From assembly GCA_030390025.1 (NCBI GenBank), contig CM059432.1, forward strand, positions 78,184,001 through 78,248,000: a DNA stretch of 64,000 bases, read 5' to 3'. The notes below the pieces were generated by a model that was given only the letters and a program-made list of their open reading frames with translations, searched no databases and was not told where the DNA came from. Source of the stretch: Squalus acanthias (taxonomy: Eukaryota). A program made the position numbers and the translations under genes. Positions 1 through 10,849 of this stretch are shown piece by piece; the stretch's first letter is position 1, and each line of letters opens with the position of its first letter.

Positions 1-2
1 TG

Positions 3-794
3 CTCCTCGCCGGGTCGGGCGTCCTGGGGACTGGGGCGGGCGAGGCCAAAGAGGCTGAAGCCGAGCCCGCCTTTTATAACCCAGATATCTCCCAGGGACT
101 GCTCGACCTGGTGGAGGAGTGTAGCAATCCCCAGCCCGCTGGGTCGGAGGTTGGTGGCGGGGAGACGGAAAGCCCCCTGACTCCGTCTCTGTTGTTGGCG
201 CCGGACGTGCTGGAGGAATTTGGGATTATTTTCTCCCCGGTTTCTCCGGTCGCTCCGGCGCCTGAGGCGGGGGGGGGCCCCGAACCGCCGCCGCCGCCTC
301 CCGGCCCGGCGCCCCTGAAGGAGCCCAGGGTGGACTCCTCTGCCACCGATCCTGGGGGTGGGATCGTGACGGAGGCGGGGCCGGCCGGTGCGGCCGAGCC
401 GTTCGCTGCACCCTGTGTGACGGACGGGTTGGCCGCCGGTGACGACCTCCCGGAGGAGGACGGGGACTCGGTGGGGGGCATCGAGGACGATTTGGAGTCC
501 ATCGGCAGCGAGGTGATGGACGCCCTCGTGCCCTTCACCGACTCTCCCCTCATCCCCGTAGGGGAACTCCGGGATTTTATGGCCGTGAGCCAGGGTCGTC
601 ACAAGAAGATCCGGCTGGCCCTCGACAAGTGGTCGGAGCTGGCGCTGCTCGTCGTGTCCGTCCGCGCCGCCGTTAAAATCATGGGCGCGGACAAGGACGT
701 TGGCCGGCTCGAGCTGCGTCGGCTCAAGACGTTCCACACTGGGCTGCTGAGGGAGTGGCGGTCGTCAGTGACCGCGCTCCCTCCCCTCCGTTAG
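3..794 (+). CDS. Tx1 ORF1, C-terminal acidic/Pro-rich part (5'-partial)
   Basis: Open frame homologous to the ORF1 C-termini of copies B and C, ending ...ALPPLR*. Confidence 0.85.
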   Translation, partial: LLAGSGVLGTGAGEAKEAEAEPAFYNPDISQGLLDLVEECSNPQPAGSEVGGGETESPLTPSLLLAPDVLEEFGIIFSPVSPVAPAPEAGGGPEPPPPPPGPAPLKEPRVDSSATDPGGGIVTEAGPAGAAEPFAAPCVTDGLAAGDDLPEEDGDSVGGIEDDLESIGSEVMDALVPFTDSPLIPVGELRDFMAVSQGRHKKIRLALDKWSELALLVVSVRAAVKIMGADKDVGRLELRRLKTFHTGLLREWRSSVTALPPLR

Positions 795-819
795 GTAGAG
801 GTTGCACTATGCTTCTGAG

Positions 820-2893
820 ATGAAGATAACCATAGCCAGCCTCAACATCAACGGCAGCAGGGAGGCGCGCCGTAGATTCAATAACTTCTCGGTCCTTCGG
901 GACGGGAAATATGCGGTGTGCTTCCTGCAAGAAACCCACACCGTTCCGGGAGACGAGGCCACGTGGCTCCTGGAGTGGCAAGGAGGGGTCAGCATGAGTC
1001 ACCTCTCCAACAATTCCTGCGGGGTGGCTGTCTTGCTGGCCCCGCATTTTCAGCCGGAGATCTTGAGGGTCAAGGAGCACGTGCCGGGCCGCTTGCTCCA
1101 GGTCACTGTTCGCCTGGGAGGCGTGCCGCTCCATTTAGTGAACGTGTACGCCCCCCGGACCGGTGCGCAGCAAGTGCGCTTCTTCGGAGAAGTGTCCGCT
1201 CTTCTGGGCTCCATCGACGTGGGCGAGTGCGTCATCCTCGGGGGGGATTTCAATTGTACCCTCGAGGCGCGGGACCGGTCGGGTCCCCCGCGAAGCCCGG
1301 CGGCGATGGAGAAGTTGCGGGACCTGGTCGGGTCCTTCGACTTGGTGGACGTCTGGCGAAATCTCCATCCCGACTCCAGCGCCTTCACGAGCGTGAGGTC
1401 TGGAGGAGGAAGGTCCAGAATCGACCGCCTTTACATTTCCCGGGCGTACGTCTCCTGCGTTCCGGCGGCTTCCATGCGGCCGGTGCCGTGCACGGACCAC
1501 CACCTGGTGTGGGCGGAGCTCGCTCCGCTGCGCGCGCGGGGGGGGTCCGCGTACTGGCATTTTAACAACCTGCTGCTGGAGGACGCGCGGTTCCGGGATT
1601 CGTTTCGCCGGTTCTGGGCCGACTGGAGAAGGAAGCGGGGAGGCTTCCCCTCCTTGAGGCTATGGTGGGACGTGGGCAAGGCTCACGTCCGCGTCTTCTG
1701 TCAGGAGTACGCGAAGGGGTCGACCAAGAGGCGGGAGGCCCGGGTCGGGCGATTGGAGAAAGAAGTGCTCGACCTGGAGTCCCGTCTCGGTCAAGTCGTC
1801 GAGGACCCGGCCCTGCGGAAGGTGTACGAAGAGAAGAAGGGCGCGCTGAAGGACCTGCAGCTGGTCGGGTCCCGAGGCGCGTACGTGAGGTCGCGGATCC
1901 AGTTCCTGCGGGACCTGGACCGCGGCTCCCCCTTCTTCTACTCGCTGGAAAAAAGACGAGGGGTCCGTAAGCAGCTCTTGGGGCTGCTGGCCGACGACGG
2001 ATCTCTGGTCTCGGATCCGGAGGGGATCAGCGCGGGGACCCGGGCCTATTACGGGGCTCTGTTCTCTCCGGATCCGTCCAGCGAGGATGCGCGCAGAGTT
2101 TTGTGGGAGGACCTGCCGAAGGTCGGCCCGGAGGGCGCCGAAGAATTTGACGCTCCGCTAAGTTTGGCGGAGCTGACCGGCGCCCTGCGCCAGCTCTCGA
2201 GGGGAAAGTCCCCGGGGCTGGACGGGCTGACCGTGGAGTTCCACAGGGCGTTCTGGGACGTCTTGGGGGGCGACTACGCGTGGGTCCTGGGGGAAAGTCT
2301 GGCGACCGGGGAGATGCCCCTCTCTTGGCGCAGGGCGGTTATCGTCCTGCTGCCCAAGAGGGGTGATCTCCGCCTTTTAAAAAACTGGCGCCCGGTCTCC
2401 CTCCTCAGCACGGACTACAAAATTTTTGCCAGGGCCATGTCTGCCCGCCTCGGCACCGTGCTGGCCCACATGATCCACCCCGACCAGTCCTACACGGTCC
2501 CGGGCCGGACAATCCACGACAACATCCATCTGGTCCGGGACCTGGTCCACCTTTCCCAGAGGACTGGTCTGTCGGTCGCCTTCCTTTCCCTGGATCAGGA
2601 GAAGGCGTTCGACAGGGTGGATCACGAGTATCTCTTCGGGACTCTGCGCGCATTCGGGTTCGGGACGCATTTCGTCGCCCGGATCCGACTTCTGTCCGCC
2701 GCCGCGGAGTGTCTGATTAAAGTTAACGGGTCTTTGACGGCGCCCCTTCGCTTCGGGAGGGGGGTGCGTCAGGGATGCCCCATGTCCGGTCAGTTATACG
2801 CCGTTTGCGTGGAGCCTTTCCTGCGCCTCTTGCGGAAGAGGTTGACGGGACTGGCTCTGCAAGGGCCGGGCGTGGAGGTCGTCCTCTCGGCTT
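820..2893 (+). CDS. Tx1 ORF2 (APE endonuclease + reverse transcriptase), 3'-partial
   Basis: SLNING, LQETH, GGDFN, SRIDR and TDHH endonuclease motifs; PGLDG, NWRPVSLL, LDQEKAFD and QGCPMS RT motifs; stops at the gap just before YADD. Confidence 0.95.
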
Positions 2894-2903
2894 NNNNNNN
2901 NNN
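2894..2903. other. Assembly gap (10 N)
   Basis: Run of N. Confidence 1.
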
Positions 2904-4979
2904 GTAAGCCGAGAGGACGACCTCCACGCCCGGCCCTTGCAGAGCCAGTCCCGTCAACCTCTTCCGCAAGAGGCGCAGGAAAGGCTCCACGCAAACGGCG
3001 TATAACTGACCGGACATGGGGCATCCCTGACGCACCCCCCTCCCGAAGCGAAGGGGCGCCGTCAAAGACCCGTTAACTTTAATCAGACACTCCGCGGCGG
3101 CGGACAGAAGTCGGATCCGGGCGACGAAATGCGTCCCGAACCCGAATGCGCGCAGAGTCCCGAAGAGATACTCGTGATCCACCCTGTCGAACGCCTTCTC
3201 CTGATCCAGGGAAAGGAAGGCGACCGACAGACCAGTCCTCTGGGAAAGGTGGACCAGGTCCCGGACCAGATGGATGTTGTCGTGGATTGTCCGGCCCGGG
3301 ACCGTGTAGGACTGGTCGGGGTGGATCATGTGGGCCAGCACGGTGCCGAGGCGGGCAGACATGGCCCTGGCAAAAATTTTGTAGTCCGTGCTGAGGAGGG
3401 AGACCGGGCGCCAGTTTTTTAAAAGGCGGAGATCACCCCTCTTGGGCAGCAGGACGATAACCGCCCTGCGCCAAGAGAGGGGCATCTCCCCGGTCGCCAG
3501 ACTTTCCCCCAGGACCCACGCGTAGTCGCCCCCCAAGACGTCCCAGAACGCCCTGTGGAACTCCACGGTCAGCCCGTCCAGCCCCGGGGACTTTCCCCTC
3601 GAGAGCTGGCGCAGGGCGCCGGTCAGCTCCGCCAAACTTAGCGGAGCGTCAAATTCTTCGGCGCCCTCCGGGCCGACCTTCGGCAGGTCCTCCCACAAAA
3701 CTCTGCGCGCATCCTCGCTGGACGGATCCGGAGAGAACAGAGCCCCGTAATAGGCCCGGGTCCCCGCGCTGATCCCCTCCGGATCCGAGACCAGAGATCC
3801 GTCGTCGGCCAGCAGCCCCAAGAGCTGCTTACGGACCCCTCGTCTTTTTTCCAGCGAGTAGAAGAAGGGGGAGCCGCGGTCCAGGTCCCGCAGGAACTGG
3901 ATCCGCGACCTCACGTACGCGCATCGGGACCCTACCAGCTGCAGGTCCTTCAGCGCGCCCTTCTTCTCTTCGTACACCTTCCGCAGGGCCGGGTCTTCGA
4001 CGACCTGACCGAGACGGGACTCCAGGTAGAGCACTTCTTTCTCCAATCGCCCGACCCGGGCCTCCCGCCTCTTGGTCGACCCCTTCGCGTACTCCTGACA
4101 GAAGAGACGGACGTGAGCCTTGCCCACGTCCCACCATAGCCTCAAGGAGGGGAAGCCCCCCTGCTTCCTTCTCCAGTCGGCCCAGAACCGGCGAAACGAA
4201 TCCCGGAACCGCACGTCCTCCAGCAGCAGGTTGTTAAAATGCCAGTACACGGACCCCCCCGGCGCCTGCAACGGAGCGAGCTCCGCCCACACCAGGTGGT
4301 GGTCCGTGCACGGCACCGGCCGCATGGAAGCCGCCGGAACACAGGAGACGTACGCCTGGGAAATATAAAGGCGGTCGATTCTGGACCTTCCTCCTCCAGA
4401 CCCCACCCAAGTGAAGGCGCTGGAGTCGGGATGGAGATTTCGCCAGACGTCCACCAAGTCGAAGGACCCGACCAGGTCCCTCAACTTCACCGTCGCCGTC
4501 AGGCTTCGCGGAGGGCCCGAACGGTCCCTCGCCTCGAGGGTACAATTAAAATCCCCCCCGAGGATGATGCACTCGCCGACGTCGACGGTGCCCAGAAGAG
4601 CGGACACTTCATCGAAGAAGCGCACTTGCTGCGCACCGGGCTGGGGGGCGTACACGTTCACTAAATGGAGCAGCACACCCCCCAGATGAACAGTGACCTG
4701 GAGCAAGCGGCCCGGCACATGCTCCTTGACCCCCAAGATCTCCGGCTGAAAATGCGGGGCCAGCAAGATAGCCACCCCACCGGAAACGTTGGAGAGGTGA
4801 CTCATGCTGACCCCTCCTCGCCACTCCAGGAGCCACGTGGCCTCGTCTCCCGGAACGGTGTGAGTTTCCTGCAGGAAGCACACTGCATGCCTCCCTTCCC
4901 GAAGGGACGAGAAGTTATTAAATCTATGGCGTGCCTCTCTGCTGCCGTTGATGTTGAGGCTGGCTATGGTTATCTTCAT
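2904..4979 (-). CDS. Tx1 ORF2 (APE + RT), 3'-partial
   Basis: MKITIASLNING...LSAY with the same motifs as copies A and C. Confidence 0.95.
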
Positions 4980-5010
4980 GACAAGAGCATAGTGCAACCT
5001 CTACCTTACT

Positions 5011-7098
5011 CTAACGGGAGGAGGGAGCGCGGCCGCTAGTCGACCGCCACTCCCTTCCAAGCCCAGCGAGGAAATTCTGGATCCGACGCCGCTCGGCCAG
5101 GCCCACGCCCCCGTCCGCGCCCATGGTTTTGACTGCGGCGCGGACGGAGCAAACGAGCAGCGCCAGATCCGACCATTTATCGATGGCCAGCTGGATTATA
5201 TCCTGGCGACCCTGGCCCATGGCCACAAAGTCCCGGAGTTCCACAACGGGGATGAGGGGGGACCCGGAGGAGGGCACGAGGGCATCCGCCGCCTCACTGG
5301 CGACGGATTCCATATCATCCTCAGTGTCCTCCGCCGGGTCCTCGTCCTCCGGGGGGTCGCCATCGGCCAGCCCTACCTCTGCCCCGATCCCACCCCCAGG
5401 ATCGGCAGCAGAGGAGTCCTCCCTGGGCTCCTCCAGAGGCGCCGGGTCAGGAAGCGGCGGCGGCTCGGGGCCCCCCTCCGCCCCCGGCACCGGGGTGCAC
5501 AGGGAAACCGGGGAGCACATTAGTGCCAGTTCCCTCAACAACCCCGGCGCCAGCGTCGCAGACGGAGTCAGGGGGCCTTCCCCTTCACCGCCACCATCCT
5601 CCGACCCAGCGGACCGGGTACCCTGGTTATATTGCTCAACCAGGTCGAGCAGTGCCTGGGAGTGGTCCTGACCGTACACGGCGGGCTCTGCCTCATCGGC
5701 CTCGCCCGCCCCGGTCCCCAGGATGCCCGACCTGGCGAGAAACAACGGATCAGCGTAACTCCCCACATCGGGTAGTTCCGCGGCCCCCCCCATGAGCAGG
5801 GCCTCTCCCCCATCCCCGGGAGGCACAGGCTGGACAGACTCATCTGTCATGCCCTCCCGGGGGACAGGCGACCCCTGCTGGATGTCGGTGATGGTGTCGG
5901 TGGGGGGGGGGGGCGCAGCACCCGCGGCGGGCAACGACTCCCCTTGCGAGGGGGGACCCCGTTCCTCGCGGTCCTCCCCCTCATCCAGGATGTCGCGCCT
6001 CCTTTTCGAAGAGGAGGGACACGAAGGTTGGGAGACCTCCATGCATACCGAGGCCTCCACCTCCGCTCCCCCCTGTCGATCGGTCTGCTCGGGGGTCCCG
6101 GGCCCGGTCACGGCCGCAGGTCTCGATTTTGCCGCCTTGGCGGATGCGGCCGCAGGCCCGGGCACAAGGCCCCTCGCATTCTCGAACTACGCCGCCACCC
6201 GCGCAAGGTATAGGGGCGTAAGCTCGGGTAAGTCATTATGTATGTCAAGGGGACCCGCCTGAAGGTGTTTGCTTTTCCTCCGCGCCTTCCTTCCAATCGG
6301 ACGCTCCCCCTCCCCTTCGCCGGAGGCCGCGACGGCGTTGACCTCCGGCGTCGACCGCGCATCGGGTGTCGCAGACGCGCGGACAGAAACAGGGGGAGGA
6401 GCGGCGGCGGCGCCAGCCTTGGCCGCCTCAGTTGCTTTGGCGGCCTTGGAGGCGGGGCAGTTCTTTCTTATGTGCCCCACCTCCTTACAGGCGTGGCACC
6501 GCACACCGTCCGACGTCCAGAAGACGCGGTAGGCGGTCCCCTCGTGTGTTATGCTAAATGCGCCTTCCGTGTCTTCCTCCCGCGCCAGCTGGATAAACAG
6601 CTGGCGCCGGAAGGAGAAGACATGCCGGAGGCTGGCCTCCCTGCAGCCGAGCGGGATCGGATTAATCCCCGACCTCACCTCCCCCAGTTGACGTAGGTGG
6701 GGGAGGAGGAGCTCAACCGGAACAAAGGGCGGGACATTCGATAGTATGAGTCGCTGCTCGGTGGCCTCGAGCGGATCCACCGGCAGGAAGGTCCCGCCCA
6801 CGGTGAGCCCCTCGGTGACGGCCAGGGACACCGCCCGCTCCGACCGCAGGAAGAACACAGCCTTACCGTACATTTTAGAGGCCGCAACGATGGCTGAGGG
6901 GCCGACTACCCCAGCCATGGCTTTGACGCAAGCCTCTATGGTCATGTTGGGGTGAGTGTAGCTCTTCACCCCCAGCTTTTTTGTCAATAGCCTGAAAGGC
7001 GACGGGGCAGCAGAAGCAGCGGGACCAGCTGTGGCCGTGGCTGCCACACCCGCGTACAACCTTGCTTGCCCCGCCGCCGGCGAAGATGTGCTCGCCAT
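5011..7098 (-). pseudogene. Tx1 ORF1 (RRM-like region + CCHC zinc knuckle + acidic tail) with one in-frame TAG at 6187-6189
   Basis: MASTSS start and CHACKEVGHIRKNC knuckle; ORF-track pieces 6187..7272 and 5011..6165 are in the same frame. Confidence 0.9.
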
Positions 7099-8131
7099 AC
7101 TGAGGTGGTATAAAGGGCTACACCCACCCCAAGTCACAGGCCGGGTGATGTTTAAGTGGCCTTGGTTTTTTTTGTCTTTTCCCCCGAGCAGAGGGGGTTG
7201 TTTTGAGAAAAAGAAGGCACACCTCTCCCTTTTATGATTGGAATTGGGAGTGGCCTTCTCCCCTCTGCTCAATTGGGTAATAAATAAGGTTTGAGGTGCC
7301 TCGTTAGAGAGAGGCAGAGAGAGAGAGAGAGGGGGTGGGAAGGAGGAAGGAGGAAGGGGGAAGGCCGCACGGGCCTGTTCGCCACTCAGGATAGTGGGTG
7401 GGTGGGTGCTTCCTGGGGGGGTGGGTGCTTCCTGGGGGGGGGGGGCACTCTTTGATGATAAATAAAGTCTTTGTTGATGTTCTTCTGGTGGGGGGAGAAG
7501 ATGTCTTCACCTGGGAAAAAATAAAGCTGGAGATGCCCAGGCTCAGTCCACAACCAGGTCTTAACAATGTTCTAAAATGTGAAGCAATAGGCAAGGGGTG
7601 CCTGTTGATGGTGTGTGTGGCCGAGTTGTTAGCAAGAGCCACACACACTCCCCTTGCTATCCCGGTCTTCTTCTCCTTTCCTCCCCCCACCTCAAATACA
7701 AAGTCTTTTGGAGAGTGCCCTTTTTAACACCCACCTCTCGATGTTGTTTTCCTTCTCGATGGCTCGCTCTCCCTCCTTCCAAGCAGATGTTGGTCTTGTT
7801 CTCCCCTCTCTCGTAATGGAGACCAGTTGGGGAGGCAGTGATGGAAAGGCTTCCCTCTGTTGTTGCTGGTCTCCTCTCTCTCCTCTCCTCTCCTCTCTCA
7901 CCTCAGCAGCAGTCGTGGTTGTAGCTGTAGCTGCAGGCGTGGTGGAGGTGGAAAGGTCTCCACTCTGTCCTTCGTGGCTCCTTCTCCTTCTAGGCACAGA
8001 GAAAAGAGACCTCTCCTTTCCCCTCCTCTTCTCAGCAAACGGCGCTCACCCGTTCACGCAGCACCGAATTGAGCTGAGTCCCTCGCAGCCTCAGCCTCTG
8101 CCTCAGTCTGTCCTCGCCTGGGACCGCACTC

Positions 8132-8157
8132 GGGGGGGGGGGGGGGGGGGGGGGGGG
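8132..8157. repeat. G26 homopolymer at the head-to-head junction of Tx1 copies B and C
   Basis: Read directly. Confidence 0.95.
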
Positions 8158-8721
8158 TGTGTGTGTGGCTTCTGTAAAAGCTAGGCCGCACACGCCATAT
8201 TAAACACCCCTTTCCCATTGCCTGACCTGGGCCAGCTGGAGCTGCCTAGGTGAAGTCCCCAATTAATTTAATCTTATTGGGCATCGTTAAGACCTGGTGC
8301 AGGACTGAGCCTGGGCATCTCCAGCTATCCCAGGTGAAGACATCTTCTCCCCCCACCAGAAGACCACCACCAAAGACTTTTATTACATCGGAGAGTGCAC
8401 CCCCCTGCCAACACCCACCCACCCACCATCCTGAGTGGCGACCCTGCCCTTGCGGCTTCCCTCCTTCCCACCCCCTCTCTCTCTCTCTTTGTCTCTTGTC
8501 TCTCTCTGCCTCTCTCTCTAAGAGGCACCTCATTATCTTTTAATTAAGTACCTATTGAGCAGAGGGGAGAAGGCCCCTCTCCTAATTAATTCATATAAAG
8601 GGAGAGGTGTGCCTTCAATTTAAGAGCTCCCTCTGCTCAGGGGAAAACAAAAACAAAAGGCCATTAACACCTTCAGGCCTGTGACTTGGGGTGAGTGTAG
8701 CCCTTAAAAGACCCGTCCATT

Positions 8722-10824
8722 ATGGCGAGCACATCTTCGTCGGTGGCGGGGGCAGCGAGGACGTATGCGAGCGTGGCAGCCGCGGCCACGGCCGCAGCCA
8801 CGAGTCCTCCTGTTACCCCGTCACCTTTTACCCTCCTTACGAGGAAGAATGGGGTCAAGAGCTACACTCACCCCAATATGACAATAGAGGCGTGCGTGAA
8901 AGCCATGGCTGGGGTTGTCGGCCCTTCAGCCATCGTCGCCGCCTCTAAAATGTACGGCAAGGCTGTGTTCTTCCTGGGGTCGGAGCGGGCGGTGTCCCTG
9001 GCCATCGAGAAGGGGCTCACCGTGGGCGGGACCTTCCTGCCGGTGGACCCCCTTGAGGCCACCGCGCAAAGGATTGTGGTTTCCAACGTCCCGCCCTTTG
9101 TTCCGGGTGAGCTCCTCCTCCCCCACCTATGTCAACTGGGGGAGGTGAGGTCGGGGATCACACCCATCCCGCTCGGCTTCCGGGAAGCCAGCCTTCGGCA
9201 CGTCTTCTCCTTCCGGCGCCAGCTTTTCGTCCGGCTGGCGCGGGAGGAGGACGCGGACGGTGCGTTCACGGTGCTCCACGGGGGGACCGCCCACCGCGTC
9301 TTCAGGACCTCGGACGGCGTGCGGTGCTACGCCTGTAAGGAGGTGGGGCACGTCCGCAAAAACTGCCCCGCCTCCAAGGCCGCCACGACACCTAGCGCGG
9401 CCAGGGCTGGCGCCGCCGCCCCCCCTCCCCGATACTGTCCGCGCGTCGAGGGCGACGGATGCGCGGTCGAAATCGGAGGCCAATACCATCACGGCCTCCG
9501 GCGGGGGGGAGGGAGAGCGTCCGAGGGGAAAGAAGGCGCTTAGAAAGACTAAACACCTAAGGGCGGATCCCCTCGTGGAGGAAACATGCGATTTGCACGA
9601 ACTCACGCCCGAGTACATCGCGGAGTTGACCGGGACGCGTGAGACTGGGGGGGTCCTCGTGCCCGGGCCCGTGACCGTGACCGCAACTGCCAAGGCAGCT
9701 AAATCAAGACCTGCGGCCGGGCTCGGGCCCGAGGGGCCCAAGAAACCCGGTCATCGGAAGGGGGCAGAGAGGGAGGCCCCAGCAGACATGGAGGCCTCCC
9801 CCTCTCCGGGCCCCAACATGTTAAAAAGGAAGCTCCGCCCCCAGGAGGAGGACTGCGAGGAGGAAGGTCCCTCCGCAGAAGGGGGGGAGTCGCCCGCCGC
9901 GGGTGCTGCGCCCCACCCCACCACCGTCATCGTCGCGCGCGAGCGGCGGGGGTCGCCTGTCCCTCGGGAGGGTGAGACAGCCGAGTCTGTCCGACCTGTG
10001 CCTCCCGGGGATGGGGAAGAGACCCTGCCCGTGGGGGGGGGGGGGGTGCGGAACAACCCGCGGATATTAATAATAAAAATCCAGAACCGTTGCTCCTCGC
10101 CAGGTCGGGCGTCCTGGGGACTGGGGCGGGCGAGGCTGAAGCCGAGCCCGCCTTTTACAACCCAGATATTTCCCAGGGACTGCTCGACCTGGTGGAGGAG
10201 TACAACAATCCCCAGCCCGCTGGGTCGGAGGTTGGTGGCGGGGAGACAGAAAGCCCCCTGACTCCGTCTCTGATGTTGGCGCCGGACGTACTGGAGGACT
10301 TTGAGATTATTTTCTCCCCGGTTTCTCCGGTCGCTCCGGCGCCTGAGGCCCGAACCGCCGCCGCCTCCCGGCCCGGCGGTCCTGGGGGTGGGATCGTGAC
10401 GGAGGCGGGGCCGGCCGGTGCGGCCGAGCCGTTCGCTGCACCCCGTGCGACGGACGGGTCGGCCGCCGGTGACGACCTCCCGGAGGAGGACGGGGACTCG
10501 GTGTTGGGCACCGAGGACGATTTGGAGTCCATCGGCAGCGAGGCGATGGACGCCCTCGTGCCCTTCACCGACTCTCCCCTCATCCCCGTAGGGGAACTCC
10601 GGGATTTTATGGCCACGAGCCAGGGTCGTCACAAGAAGATCCGGCTGGCCCTCGACAAGTGGTCGGAGCTGGCGCTGCTCGTCGTGTCCGTCCGCGCCGC
10701 CGTTAAAATCATGGGCGCGGACAAGGACGTTGGCCGGCTCGAGCTGCGTCGGCTCAAGAGTTTCCACACTGGGCTGCTGAGGGAGTGGCGGTCGTCAGTG
10801 ACCGCGCTCCCTCCCCTCCGTTAG
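8722..10824 (+). pseudogene. Tx1 ORF1 with two frameshifts at homopolymers (C-rich run 9419-9430; G14 at 10033-10046)
   Basis: CYACKEVGHVRKNC knuckle; three ORF pieces together align with the single frame of copy B ORF1. Confidence 0.85.
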
Positions 10825-10849
10825 GTAGAGGTTGCACTATGCTTTTGAG

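Larger units (their letters stand above)
1..2893 (+). mobile_element. L1/Tx1-clade non-LTR retrotransposon, copy A (5' end outside the window, 3' part cut by assembly gap)
   Basis: ORF1 C-terminal part followed by an APE endonuclease + RT ORF; near-identical to copy C 10091-12923. Confidence 0.95.
2904..8131 (-). mobile_element. L1/Tx1-clade retrotransposon, copy B (diverged subfamily, long 5' leader, 3' half lost in gap)
   Basis: ORF1 + ORF2 on the minus strand; leader 7099-7650 is homologous to the copy C leader; assigning 7650-8131 to the element is inferred. Confidence 0.9.

Noticed and set aside
8070..8131. Possible HDV-like ribozyme at the 5' end of Tx1 copy B (GGTCCCAG...GCGAGGGAC; TCCTCGC on the other strand)
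   Set aside because: A P2-like pairing exists, but I could not place P1, P3/L3, P1.1 and P4 in the required order.
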